Origin: an uncultured bacterium | Lineage (GTDB): Bacteria; Patescibacteriota; JABMPQ01; CAVVCK01 | Assembly (NCBI GenBank): GCA_963746775.1 | Contig: CAVVCK010000002.1 | Span: 11,571-75,570, forward strand | DNA: 64,000 nt | Direction: 5' to 3' | Shown: positions 9,731-19,583 of the stretch, piece by piece | Position numbering within the stretch: the stretch's first letter is position 1 | Layout of the letters: every line of letters starts with the position of its first letter | Made by a program: the position numbers and the translations under genes | The notes under the pieces: model-generated | Database searches by the model: none | The model's input: the letters and a program-made list of their open reading frames with translations, nothing else | What the model was told of the DNA's origin: nothing

Positions 9731-9761
9731 TTGACAATGTATGTCGTACAACATACATTGT
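9731..9761 (+). promoter_or_regulatory. Near-consensus sigma70-like promoter (TTGACA-N17-TACATT) overlapped by a perfect 11-bp inverted repeat, a likely operator
   Basis: TTGACA at 9731-9736 and TACATT at 9754-9759. The palindrome is ACAATGTATGT-cgtaca-ACATACATTGT (9734-9761). It lies inside a 1.5-kb region with no convincing CDS. Confidence 0.3.
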
Positions 9762-10025
9762 GCGACTATGTCTCTGTGGCTCTCTCAAGAAAAAGCACCC
9801 TACCCTCTCAATTAAAATTGTTTTTGGCTACCCTTCTTTTAAAGCACCATTAAAAAGTTTTTATTTTTAATTTTATAAAAAAGTGATAACTTTATTCTTT
9901 TGAAAAAAATTATGACAAATCATTTTATAAATAACGAATATATATAAATCTAATAGGAAAACCATAAATAGTCCCCTATTTTTATAATTATAGAAGGAAA
10001 TAAAGAGCAGTATTAAGGCAGGCAA

Positions 10026-10313
10026 CTAGCTTTTTCTTTTGTGTTTCCTGTCTTTCATAAATGGAAACGGACCGTTTCCATTTGTATAAATTGGCTTGTA
10101 AGTTAAGAGTGACAAGAAAAGCAATATTGCAGCCAGTAGGGACTGTAGAAAAATAAGGAGTAAAGCTAAGATGCAGTAAATAATGATATACCCCGTAAAG
10201 TTTTGTGGTATATCTTTACAATCAAAGAAATTATAAAGTACGAAAAATAAAACCAAAGAAAATACAAAAACAAAAGTACAATTTGACATACCCTTCTCCA
10301 CATCTATCTCCAT
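10026..10313 (-). CDS. Hypothetical small two-TM protein; the only sizeable ORF in the 1.5-kb gene-poor region and possibly spurious
   Basis: 95-aa ORF with two hydrophobic helices and no recognisable family. It contains a perfect 25-nt palindrome at 10059-10083. Confidence 0.25.
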   Translation of the reverse strand: MEIDVEKGMSNCTFVFVFSLVLFFVLYNFFDCKDIPQNFTGYIIIYCILALLLIFLQSLLAAILLFLSLLTYKPIYTNGNGPFPFMKDRKHKRKS

Positions 10314-10647
10314 TACCCCTTTTCCTCCTTGAGAAGTTCATATTTTTATACCAGAAACAAGAAATAATTACAAATGTATTTTGATATATCCACAAAAAAT
10401 GGGTTGTCTAGGAAAAAATATTTTTTAGTATAACAAAGTCGTACTTGGTTGTTGGGGAGGGACAAACTAAAAAGGCTATTCTTAGAGAAGATGAAAAAAT
10501 AGGCTAACCTGTTCTTTCCTATTCTTCATAATAAAATATAAACTCTATTGTATTTTGTGATATAGCGGGAAATTTAAAAACTTTATTATTCTCCCCTATT
10601 TTGTTAAGATATATTTATAGTATTTTAGCTAATAATACAAAAACAAA

Positions 10648-12423
10648 ATGAAAAAATTTTTAAGTATTGGAATAATATTATTCTTAATTATTTCAATCAT
10701 TTTTTATTTACAAAAAAAAGAAGTTCAAGCAGATAATGTTAATATTTTAACTCTTGGCGATAGTGTTACTTATGGCTATCCTTACGGCGGTACTTCTAAT
10801 ACCTACCCGGCTAAACTTCAGGCTATGATTGATGATAATTTTGGATCTGGCCATAATGTTATTAACCGAGGTGTAAGCGGATATAGAGCAGATCAGGTTT
10901 TAGCTGATTTGCAAACACAAAATTGGCTAGAGATTGATAATCCTGAGGTAGTTTTATTAATGGTTGGCGGTAATGATTTAGCTCAGGAAATCGATCCCCT
11001 AGATTGGAGTACTATTCCCACAGTTATTGATAATACCGTATCGGAAGTGCAGAATATTATTGATTTAATAAAAAATTATACTAATCCTGACGGCAGCACT
11101 CCAAAAGTAATTGTCTCTGCTTTTATTCCTAATAACTTGTCTGATATTGGTGGAACTTTTGTGGTTAACCTGTATAACGCTGATTTAGAGAATAATTTAA
11201 CTGGTTATGATATTTATTTTAAGACTAATTGGGATGATTTTTATGATACGGAAACTGCACAAGCAGATACTTCTCTAATGGCTGATAAGGCTCATCCTAA
11301 TATACAGGGATATGAAATAATGGCGTCGAATTGGTATCAAGTATTATCACCCCTTCTTCCTGAAGTTTCTAGTAACAATAATGACGAAGATGATCCTGAT
11401 GAAGATAATAATAACAATGATTCAGAAGACAATGAAGACAATGAAGACAATACCCTCCCCGACTCTATAGATATTAATCCAAAAATTTTAACCACTTCTG
11501 GGCCAGGTGAAATAACCAGATTGCAAGCATACGATAGGCACGGTGAGGCAATTGGTGGTGAAATAAATAATATATTTCCAGATAATTACCTAGGGGGAGC
11601 TGGAATTGTATCTATAGATGCCAATAATAACGGCTTAAAAGATCAAATAGTTGTATTTGCTATTAATAATGGAGGTCCTCAGGCGAGAGTATTCGGACTT
11701 CGTGAATCTGGCGAAATATATTTTATGGGCCAAATGTTTTTATTTGATAGTAATATTCGTGATGGGCTGAGTGTTACTTCGGGAGATTTTGATGGTGATG
11801 GATATGATGATGATATAGCCTCTTGTCTTACAGGAGACCGAAAACCAACTGTAAGGGTTTATAAAGATGCAATAGGTATTGATAATTGGGAAGAAACAGC
11901 CGAATTTGATGCTTTATTCGGTAATGTTGGATGTAATTTAGGTACTTTTCAATACGATTCAAATAGTGATGAGATATTAGTTTCTCCTGAGTCAGGACCG
12001 GAAGATCCAGAGCTTTCAATTTATACATCATCGGGTAATTTGCGAGAAAGATTTTTAGCTTATGGCGAGGGGGTAACTTCGGGACTTACACCATCTGGTA
12101 TAAATGATAGAATTTATACTACTCCTAATAATGGTACTTCTCATGTTCGAGTATTCGATAAGAGTGGAAATCCAAAGAATTTCTGGTGGGCATATGATAA
12201 TATGAATGTTGTTGGGGACTTTAAGAATATAGCTGGTGATATTGATTTAGACGGTAGAGATGAAATACTTATCTCCCCTATTGGAGCTAACGGTCCTCAA
12301 GTGTTGGCCTTTGAGCCTGATGGTACATGGCGTACTTGGCCAAACTTTTTTGCTTTTAGTGATGAAAATTTAAGAAATGGAGTTGGTATAGCAGTGATTG
12401 ATAATTTTCATGGAGCCAATTAA
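10648..12423 (+). CDS. Secreted SGNH/GDSL hydrolase fused to an acidic linker and a C-terminal FG-GAP/VCBS repeat module
   Basis: Signal peptide; LTLGDSVTYGYP, GGNDL, and a DxxH-like C-terminal block; a D/E/N-rich linker; repeated GDFDGDGYDDDI, GDIDLDGRDEIL and GPQVxxF motifs. Confidence 0.75.
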   Translation: MKKFLSIGIILFLIISIIFYLQKKEVQADNVNILTLGDSVTYGYPYGGTSNTYPAKLQAMIDDNFGSGHNVINRGVSGYRADQVLADLQTQNWLEIDNPEVVLLMVGGNDLAQEIDPLDWSTIPTVIDNTVSEVQNIIDLIKNYTNPDGSTPKVIVSAFIPNNLSDIGGTFVVNLYNADLENNLTGYDIYFKTNWDDFYDTETAQADTSLMADKAHPNIQGYEIMASNWYQVLSPLLPEVSSNNNDEDDPDEDNNNNDSEDNEDNEDNTLPDSIDINPKILTTSGPGEITRLQAYDRHGEAIGGEINNIFPDNYLGGAGIVSIDANNNGLKDQIVVFAINNGGPQARVFGLRESGEIYFMGQMFLFDSNIRDGLSVTSGDFDGDGYDDDIASCLTGDRKPTVRVYKDAIGIDNWEETAEFDALFGNVGCNLGTFQYDSNSDEILVSPESGPEDPELSIYTSSGNLRERFLAYGEGVTSGLTPSGINDRIYTTPNNGTSHVRVFDKSGNPKNFWWAYDNMNVVGDFKNIAGDIDLDGRDEILISPIGANGPQVLAFEPDGTWRTWPNFFAFSDENLRNGVGIAVIDNFHGAN

Positions 12424-12451
12424 TAATTTATAAAAATAATAAAATAGCATC

Positions 12452-12478
12452 TGCTTGTATGCTATTTTATTTACCAAA
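12452..12478. terminator. Bidirectional terminator between convergent genes
   Basis: AAATAGCAT-ctgcttgt-ATGCTATTT. Confidence 0.6.
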
Positions 12479-12485
12479 TTTTTAT

Positions 12486-15400
12486 TTATTTAACTTTTAT
12501 TTTTCTTCTAGTACTTTTTGGTTTCTCAGAAACTTTTTTAGCAGTCTTTTTTATTTTTTTTGGTTTTGTTACAAATTTATTTTTTGTTGTATTTTTATTT
12601 CTTTCCCTCTCTTTAATCCAGGTAGTTAAAATTATTGTAAAAGCTATAATAGCTAATCCTCCTAAGGCAATCCAATAATTAAATTGTTCTGTTATTTTTT
12701 TATCCTTATTAATTTTAAATCTGGCAATTTCTACTTTAGCACTTGAATTATTTTCTGTATCTTGTGATTGAGCATAGACAATATGTTCCCCAGCCTCAAA
12801 TAATTTAGTATTAACAGTCATTTCCCATAAGCCATCTTGATTAGCTGAAGTTACTGTTTTTAAATTTAAATCACTGTGAATAAACAGAGTAACAGTAAAA
12901 TTAGGACCGGTTTTTCCTTTTAATACTAAATCATTATCAACAGGCATAGAATATTTAGAATCATAATTATCTATTTGAGCTGATCCCAAATGAGTTAATA
13001 CTGGTGGTGATATTTTACCTGCCCTTGCTTCATCGGGAATTTCAGTTGGAATAAATGATATTGTATTTGGTTTATTATAATCTTGATCAGAAGTTATAAT
13101 TTCAGATACGACATAAGGTTCTCTGTTTTCAGATATAACCTCGTTACTTTCATCATTATTTATAATATCCTCAATATAATAACCGAAATTAGCATCGTTA
13201 TATTTTTGATCATCTGATTCCAATTTTACAACAATTGGATTTGTTCCTGTCGTGAGATTAAAATTATTAGATGGTAAAGAATCTTCTTCGACTAAAATTA
13301 AATATGTTTTAGGAGAAAGACCGGTAATTTTATAATTGCCATTTTGGTCAGTTTTATGTGTAGAAACATATAAATCTTGGTCAAATTCAAGCGTTTCGTT
13401 ATTATTACTGTCTTCATAAAGTTTTAAGCTAATATTTTTCAAACCAACCTCGTTACTATCTTTTTTCCCATCACTGTTTTTATCCATCCAAACTAAATTA
13501 CCTATACTTCCTGTTGGAGTTGGAGTATTATCTTCAATTTCTATCTGGTCATTTGATGAATTAATACCAAAATTTATATCTGCATATTCTTTTGTTTTTT
13601 CTATTGCAATTAATTGTGGATTATTGTCAGTAATAATTGAAGAATTATCGGGTAAATTTTCCTCATCTATTTTTATAAAATAATCACCTTTAATTAAATT
13701 TTTGAACTGATAGTTACCATATAAATCTGTATTAGTTTCAGTTAAATATGCACCATCTTCTTCGCCAATAGTATTATCATTATTCAAATTCTCATATAAT
13801 CTAATAGTAATTTCCTTTATTCCATTCTCATTTTTATCTCTTAATTTATTATTATTAGCATCATTCCAAACAATACCATTAATGCTGCTAATTGATGAAG
13901 CTTCATTTTCTATATAATTTATAGTTTGATTAGTGTTCTGTACTCCGTTATTCTCGTCATATAATATATCAGCTGTGTTTTCTATTTTATGATTTTCAGG
14001 AGTACCTTCTACCTTAACTTTAAAAGTAACATAGCCTGAACTTTTAGCTGTTATTTCTCCAAATTCAAATTTAACTTTGTCAAAATTAAAAGTAACTAAA
14101 TCATCATCTTTTATATCTGTTTTTATAGATCCGTTAATACTGGCTGAATTTGCCACGTAAGATGTTCCTGTGGGAATGTCATCTAAAATATTAAAATTAG
14201 AAGCAGTTGATTCACCTTCATTCTTAAAATCTATACGATATGTTAATTCATCCCCTACTTTTACTGATTTGCCATCATCCTTATAAGGAGAAGGATTGTT
14301 ATCATAATAATAAATTCCGGCCAGAGCAATCGCAATTATTCCTATAATTACTATGATAGCGATAATTGTTTTGGTATGTGAACCTTTTGTTTCAGTAATA
14401 ACCTTTTTGCTAGAATTTACGCCATCTAATGATCTAATTGTATTGGCAAATAAAGAGTTATTGCTTTTCTTTTTAGTGCGGCTATTTTTATTATATAAAG
14501 GTGCTAAGATGTAATTAAATAAAATATTTTTATTTAAATAGAAAAATGCTATAGCAATAATTAATATAATAATTGGCCAATATAAAAATTTTAAATTAGA
14601 TAGGCTAATATAGTTACTTGTAAATCCAAGTAGCAGAGAATTCTGTGTCTCGTTATCTTTATTAATACCTACTGTTTTAAAGACAGCTATAATGGGACTT
14701 TTACCAGTAGCTAGAACAAATCTCTGTATTTCAGACCAAGCGCTTTCGGCATTTTCATTATCTTTAGTTTTAATTCTATAATAATATTGAGTATTATCTG
14801 TTAGATTTTCAGGTACTGTAAAATTAGTTTTGTTTTTCTCTGTATTATAAATATAAGCACTGTTAAATTTATCGTTCTTATCAATTTGTATTACATAGCT
14901 TAATTTATCCTTTGTATCTGCGCTATCTGGATCCAGAGCTTCATTCCAATATATCGTAGGTTTCTGTGTTTTAACTATATTTCCCTGATTAGGATTAAAA
15001 CCAGAGATGGGTGGATTAGGAGATTTATTGCCTTTATCTAAAATAAAATATTTTTCTTCAGTTGAATAATCAGATTGATTATTTTGATTATCGACAGTTT
15101 TTACTCGCCAGTAATATCTTGTATCATCTTCTAAATTACTAAAATTTTCTAATTGATTAATATTTATTTCGGCGTTATTTATTCTAGAAGTTACAGAATC
15201 TAGCGAACCAAAATCATTATTATTATCTAACTCTACAGTATAAGTAATAATATCTTCTGGGTCAGGATCAGAAGACACATCCCAAGCAAGCTTATCACTA
15301 TCAGAGAGTGTTCTGTCATTAATTGGTAAAAGATTATTAGTTGGACTAGGTGTTCTATTGTATTCTATAATTGTTCTATCTAGACTAGTGGCAGCTGTAA

Positions 15401-16301
15401 TATTGCTACCAACTTTAAAATTAGCTCTATATTGCAAATATCTTCTTAGAGGTGAATCTATATTTTCACCTGAAGGATTATTATATTCTCTACTCCATTC
15501 AGACCAAGATATACCATCAACTGATGTCCTGGTTTGTAATTTTAAATCACTTCCTTCAGGTGTATTTCCATCCCACATAATTCTATTAAAACTTACTACT
15601 TTATTTTCTCCTAAATCCAAAGTGGGAGAAGTATAGGTTGAGTTTTGAGGAATAAAATAGATGTCATCAAGCATCATATTTCCCCTGGCTACAAAATATG
15701 CTATGTTTATTAAGTCATTATCTGGTTCATAAGCTTTTAAATCATTTTCTAAATTTCTATCGTATGTATGCCAATGTCCATCAGCATTTTCTCGTTCTAA
15801 ACTATACCTAATATAAATACCGTTTTGGCCGTTGTCTATATATGGTCCATAGTTAAGGCTTCTTGTTCCTAAGGTCGTGTTAACTACCACATATATGTAG
15901 CTTTTTGTATTAGTATTCATTTTCCATTCAACATTTTTTAAACCATTGACTATTTTAGAAGGAGCGCCATAGTCAAAACCAGTTAAATTTGAATTAACAG
16001 AATCAGTACTTAAAAGATTAATTACTCTACTACTAAGCTCTGGATTAAAAATATTAGTTATTGATCCTTCGGGGTCATTATCAAATACTCTCCATTCGTC
16101 GATATTTTCATCTTCAGCATTTTCATAAATGACGCCGGGAGTAAGTCTAACAGAATTATCAGTAATATTAAGATCTCCTTGTAGCACTCCCCTTTCGAAA
16201 TCTACTTGGTTAGTTTGTTCCCATATTCCCGCTCTAGTTATAAAAGGAAAAAATAAAAAAAGTGCTATAATAAACAAAAGCCTTGAAAAATTTAATTTCA
16301 T
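12486..16301 (-). CDS. Large (1271 aa) cell-surface adhesin-like protein with FN3-like, DUF11-like and SdrD-B/CnaB-like repeats; signal peptide, two internal TM segments and a C-terminal TM anchor with a Lys-rich tail
   Basis: Repeats GIVWNDANNNKLRDKNENGIKEITIRLYE and GNLVWMDKNSDGKKDSNEVGLKNISLKLYED (CnaB/SdrD-B-like); DELTYRIDFKNEGESTASNFNILDDIPTGTSYV (DUF11-like); hydrophobic segments near residues 560, 650 and the C-terminus. Confidence 0.65.
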   Translation of the reverse strand: MKLNFSRLLFIIALFLFFPFITRAGIWEQTNQVDFERGVLQGDLNITDNSVRLTPGVIYENAEDENIDEWRVFDNDPEGSITNIFNPELSSRVINLLSTDSVNSNLTGFDYGAPSKIVNGLKNVEWKMNTNTKSYIYVVVNTTLGTRSLNYGPYIDNGQNGIYIRYSLERENADGHWHTYDRNLENDLKAYEPDNDLINIAYFVARGNMMLDDIYFIPQNSTYTSPTLDLGENKVVSFNRIMWDGNTPEGSDLKLQTRTSVDGISWSEWSREYNNPSGENIDSPLRRYLQYRANFKVGSNITAATSLDRTIIEYNRTPSPTNNLLPINDRTLSDSDKLAWDVSSDPDPEDIITYTVELDNNNDFGSLDSVTSRINNAEININQLENFSNLEDDTRYYWRVKTVDNQNNQSDYSTEEKYFILDKGNKSPNPPISGFNPNQGNIVKTQKPTIYWNEALDPDSADTKDKLSYVIQIDKNDKFNSAYIYNTEKNKTNFTVPENLTDNTQYYYRIKTKDNENAESAWSEIQRFVLATGKSPIIAVFKTVGINKDNETQNSLLLGFTSNYISLSNLKFLYWPIIILIIAIAFFYLNKNILFNYILAPLYNKNSRTKKKSNNSLFANTIRSLDGVNSSKKVITETKGSHTKTIIAIIVIIGIIAIALAGIYYYDNNPSPYKDDGKSVKVGDELTYRIDFKNEGESTASNFNILDDIPTGTSYVANSASINGSIKTDIKDDDLVTFNFDKVKFEFGEITAKSSGYVTFKVKVEGTPENHKIENTADILYDENNGVQNTNQTINYIENEASSISSINGIVWNDANNNKLRDKNENGIKEITIRLYENLNNDNTIGEEDGAYLTETNTDLYGNYQFKNLIKGDYFIKIDEENLPDNSSIITDNNPQLIAIEKTKEYADINFGINSSNDQIEIEDNTPTPTGSIGNLVWMDKNSDGKKDSNEVGLKNISLKLYEDSNNNETLEFDQDLYVSTHKTDQNGNYKITGLSPKTYLILVEEDSLPSNNFNLTTGTNPIVVKLESDDQKYNDANFGYYIEDIINNDESNEVISENREPYVVSEIITSDQDYNKPNTISFIPTEIPDEARAGKISPPVLTHLGSAQIDNYDSKYSMPVDNDLVLKGKTGPNFTVTLFIHSDLNLKTVTSANQDGLWEMTVNTKLFEAGEHIVYAQSQDTENNSSAKVEIARFKINKDKKITEQFNYWIALGGLAIIAFTIILTTWIKERERNKNTTKNKFVTKPKKIKKTAKKVSEKPKSTRRKIKVK

Positions 16302-16547
16302 GATATTAACTTATTATTTTTTACTACGTAAGAAAGTTTTCGACGTAGTTGGAAATTTAAAATTTCTATTTTTTATAGATAGTTTAAAATCACCTATCAA
16401 AAATACCTTTTATCTGTAATTTATAGTATAACAAAAAACTTAAAATAAATATAGATATACGCTAAAATATAATAAATAAAATTTTTTATGAGTAATTGAA
16501 GTTCCTGATCAAATAGAAAATTTACAAAAAAAGCATAAAAGAAAAGT

Positions 16548-17501
16548 ATGAATATAGTATTTTTAGATCAAAAAACAGTAGGTAGTGATATATCTTTAGA
16601 TTCAATTAGAAAAGAAGGAAATCTTAAAATTTATGGAATTACTTCACAAGATGAGTTAGAAAATAGAGTTGAAGATGCTGATATAATTGTTACTAATAAA
16701 GTTATTATAAATTTAGCTGAGAAAAAACTAAAAAATATTTCAAGATTAAAATTGATTTGTGTAGCTGCTACTGGTTATAATAATATTGATATGCAAGCAG
16801 CCAAGAAGAAAAAAATTCCTGTTACTAATGTAATTGGTTATTCAACAGATTCAGTAGCGCAAACAGTTTTTTCGTATATTTTATCTTTCTCTAATTCGAC
16901 AATAAAATATGATCAGGATGTAAAAAGTGGCAAATGGAGTAAATCACCGATATTTACACTTTTAGATTATTCAATTACAGAGCTTAAAGATAAAAAACTA
17001 GGTATTATTGGTTATGGTAACATTGGTAAAAAAGTAGCAGAAATTGCAAAAGCTTTTGGTATGGAAATCTTAATAGCCAAAAGATCCGGAGTAAATTACA
17101 AGGAAAATAATAGAGTTAGTTTAGGAGAATTATTAAAAGAAAGCGATATTATAACAATTCATACTCCCCTATCTTCTGAGACAGAAAACATGATTACAGA
17201 AAAAGAATTTAAGTTAATGAAAAAGGAAGCAATATTGATTAATGCAGCTCGTGGTGGAATTGTAAACGAAAATGATTTATATAAAGCTTTAAAAAATAAA
17301 GAAATTAAAGGAGCAGCGATAGATGTAATGGCTGAAGAACCTCCTCGGAGTGGTAGTCCTCTATTTGAGCTTAATAATATAATAATAACACCTCATGTAG
17401 CTTGGGCTTCAAAAGAAGCTAGGCAGAGGGTAGTAGATGGTGTAGCAGAGAATATTAAAAAATTTAAAGAAGAAAAAATTAATGAGATTAATTTATGGTA
17501 G
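16548..17501 (+). CDS. D-isomer-specific 2-hydroxyacid dehydrogenase (glycerate / phosphoglycerate dehydrogenase-like)
   Basis: NAD-binding GIIGYGNIGKKVAEIA, ILINAARGGIV, and a catalytic region with His in ITPHVAWAS. Confidence 0.85.
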   Translation: MNIVFLDQKTVGSDISLDSIRKEGNLKIYGITSQDELENRVEDADIIVTNKVIINLAEKKLKNISRLKLICVAATGYNNIDMQAAKKKKIPVTNVIGYSTDSVAQTVFSYILSFSNSTIKYDQDVKSGKWSKSPIFTLLDYSITELKDKKLGIIGYGNIGKKVAEIAKAFGMEILIAKRSGVNYKENNRVSLGELLKESDIITIHTPLSSETENMITEKEFKLMKKEAILINAARGGIVNENDLYKALKNKEIKGAAIDVMAEEPPRSGSPLFELNNIIITPHVAWASKEARQRVVDGVAENIKKFKEEKINEINLW

Positions 17502-17550
17502 TAGTCTTTAAAATAATTTTTTAGTTTTAATATTGTTTTCAGTAAAATAA

Positions 17551-17584
17551 AAAACCTTTTATAAATTAATTATAAAAGGTTTTT
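17551..17584. terminator. Bidirectional terminator between the dehydrogenase gene and iscU
   Basis: AAAACCTTTTATAA-ttaat-TATAAAAGGTTTT. Confidence 0.65.
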
Positions 17585-17606
17585 GTATATTTTAAAAAGT
17601 ATTAAA

Positions 17607-17999
17607 TTATTTTTTATCTTGATAATTTTTAATAGCAGCCTTGAGGCCACTTTCAGATAAATTACTGCAATGTTCTTTAATTGGAGGAAGTCCACCAAGC
17701 TGTCCTGAGACATCTGCTCGAGTTATTTTTAGAGCCTCTTTTATAGTTTTTCCTTTGGCTAAATCTGTTACCATAGAAGAAGTAGCAATGGCTGATGCAC
17801 AGCCTAAAGTTTCAAATTTTATGTCTTTAATATAATCTTCTCCTTGATCGTTTTTATCAACTTTAATATATATTTTCATCATATCACCGCAAACAGGATT
17901 TCCTACTTCCCCTATTCCATCGGCGTTTTCAATTTCACCCTGATTATGAGGATTTCTAAAATGTTTTAGAACTTCTTGGGAATATTGAATATTTGGCAT
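17607..17999 (-). CDS. iscU: Fe-S cluster assembly scaffold protein IscU/NifU-like
   Basis: NPVCGDMMKIY, FETLGCASAIATSS, GGLPPIKEHCSNLSESGLKAAI (the LPPVK-type motif). Confidence 0.85.
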   Translation of the reverse strand: MPNIQYSQEVLKHFRNPHNQGEIENADGIGEVGNPVCGDMMKIYIKVDKNDQGEDYIKDIKFETLGCASAIATSSMVTDLAKGKTIKEALKITRADVSGQLGGLPPIKEHCSNLSESGLKAAIKNYQDKK

Positions 18000-18035
18000 A
18001 TATTTAGTGATTAGTTAGTAGTTTGTAGCGAGTAG

Positions 18036-19217
18036 TTATTTTAGGGGGGAAATTTTTCTTAAATTTTGGACTATTTTTGGTAAAACTTTTAGTAGTTTAT
18101 TAATATCTTCTTCTGTGTTTTCTTTTCCTAATGTAAGTCTTAAACTCCCATGTGCTTCTGCTTGAGGTATTCCTAGAGCTAACAGCACATGAGAAGGTTT
18201 TAGGCTTCCTGAAGCACAAGCTGAACCAGTGGAAGCGTAGATACCTTCAAAATCTAGTCCCAACATAATACTCTCCCCTTCTATATTTTTAAATCTGAAA
18301 TTAGCATTACCGGGGAGTCTTTTTTCTCTGGAGCCATTTAGTGTTGTCAAAGGAATATTTTTTAAAACCTGATCAATTAACTTATCTCTTAATTCTTTAA
18401 TTTTTTCTACGTCTTTTTTATGCTCGTTAGTTTGCAATAATTCAATAGCTTTACCTAATCCTACAATAGAGGGAACATTTAGCGTTCCTGATCTTAAATT
18501 AAATTCTTGAGCTCCGCCATGATGAAGGGGCGTTATTTTTGTTCCTTTTCTGATAAATAATGCTCCTATCCCTTTAGGACCATAAAATTTATGAGCCGAA
18601 AGTGATAATAGATCTACACCCAAATTCTGGACATTACAATCTAGGTATCCTATAGCTTGTACAGCATCAGTATGAAAATATATTTTATTTTTTCTGGATT
18701 TATTAATGTTTTTTAATAAAGCACCTATTTCTTTAATGGGCTGGATGGTTCCTACTTCATTATTAGCATACATTATGGAAATTAAGATAGTATTTTCCTT
18801 AATATTATTCTGAATATCTTTAGTGTTCACAATTCCTTCTTTACCTACATTTAGATAAGTTGCTTCAATTCTACCTTTTCTTTCTAAATATTCTACGGTT
18901 TCCAACACACAATGATGCTCTATTTTAGAAGTAATAACGTGAGGTTTTTCTATTTCTGAATCTTCAACAATCCCTTTTATAGTGAGATTATTACTTTCAG
19001 TTGCTCCACTGGTAAATATTATTTCTTCTGGATCACAACCTAAGTATTTAGAGACAGCTTCTCGGGCATTGTCTACTGCTCTATTGGCTTCTTGTCCAAA
19101 AGAATGGATAGATGAAGCATTACCGTATTTTTCACTAAGATAAGGCTTCATAGCTTCAAATACCTTATAGTCTAGAGGTGTAGTAGCGGCATGATCTAAA
19201 TATGTAAAATTATTCAT
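18036..19217 (-). CDS. iscS: Cysteine desulfurase (IscS/NifS). The start is more likely the Met at 19217 than the ORF-track start at 19250, which runs into a repeat element
   Basis: YLDHAATTPLD; PLP-binding SAHKFYGPKGIGALFIRKG; active-site-loop Cys in GSACASGSLKPSHVL. Confidence 0.9.
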   Translation of the reverse strand: MNNFTYLDHAATTPLDYKVFEAMKPYLSEKYGNASSIHSFGQEANRAVDNAREAVSKYLGCDPEEIIFTSGATESNNLTIKGIVEDSEIEKPHVITSKIEHHCVLETVEYLERKGRIEATYLNVGKEGIVNTKDIQNNIKENTILISIMYANNEVGTIQPIKEIGALLKNINKSRKNKIYFHTDAVQAIGYLDCNVQNLGVDLLSLSAHKFYGPKGIGALFIRKGTKITPLHHGGAQEFNLRSGTLNVPSIVGLGKAIELLQTNEHKKDVEKIKELRDKLIDQVLKNIPLTTLNGSREKRLPGNANFRFKNIEGESIMLGLDFEGIYASTGSACASGSLKPSHVLLALGIPQAEAHGSLRLTLGKENTEEDINKLLKVLPKIVQNLRKISPLK

Positions 19218-19245
19218 TATTTTGTCTATATTTATATATTCACAT

Positions 19246-19322
19246 CGCATAGTGGCTGCTGGCCCTCCAGGCTAGCCAATGAAGAATATTGGATAGCCTT
19301 GGGGGCCGTCTGCTACGCGGGG
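19246..19322. repeat. REP-like GC-rich structured repeat, copy A
   Basis: CGCATAGTGGCTG...CTACGCGG terminal inverted repeat enclosing a 10/11-bp inner stem (GGCTAGCCAAT...ATTGGATAGCC). It shares both ends, the CCCT-CCAG block and GGGGG-C-GTC with copy B. Confidence 0.5.
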
Positions 19323-19327
19323 AATTG

Positions 19328-19537
19328 TTATTTTTTGAACTTTTCCAAAACTTCCTTCAAATTACCCTGACATTTGGTACAATTTTGTTTTAAAAGACTT
19401 TCATATTCTTCAATACTCAATAATACGCCAACAGGCTTAGAATAGCGCATAATGATATACCTATCCCCTTTTTGTATATCAGATATAAGCGATTTAGTTT
19501 TTACTTGCAATTCTTGCTGATTGGTATACTTTTCCAT
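19328..19537 (-). CDS. Phd/YefM-family antitoxin-like protein with no adjacent toxin gene
   Basis: YTNQQELQVKTKSLISDIQKGDRYIIMRYSKPVGVLLSIEEYESLLK fits the Phd/YefM fold signature (...P..ITR.G...VL.S.EEYESL). A C-terminal CxxC follows. Confidence 0.55.
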   Translation of the reverse strand: MEKYTNQQELQVKTKSLISDIQKGDRYIIMRYSKPVGVLLSIEEYESLLKQNCTKCQGNLKEVLEKFKK

Positions 19538-19583
19538 AATTAAATGTTATATTACAATTAGTATAACTTTATATATAACTTTG

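Noticed and set aside
11828-12031. 67-aa minus-strand ORF inside the GDSL/FG-GAP gene
   Set aside because: Antisense to a confident CDS.
15358-16419. Plus-strand ORFs (92 and 96 aa) overlapping the large surface-protein gene
   Set aside because: Antisense to a confident CDS, with no motifs.
17641-17835. 64-aa plus-strand ORF inside iscU
   Set aside because: Antisense to a confident CDS.
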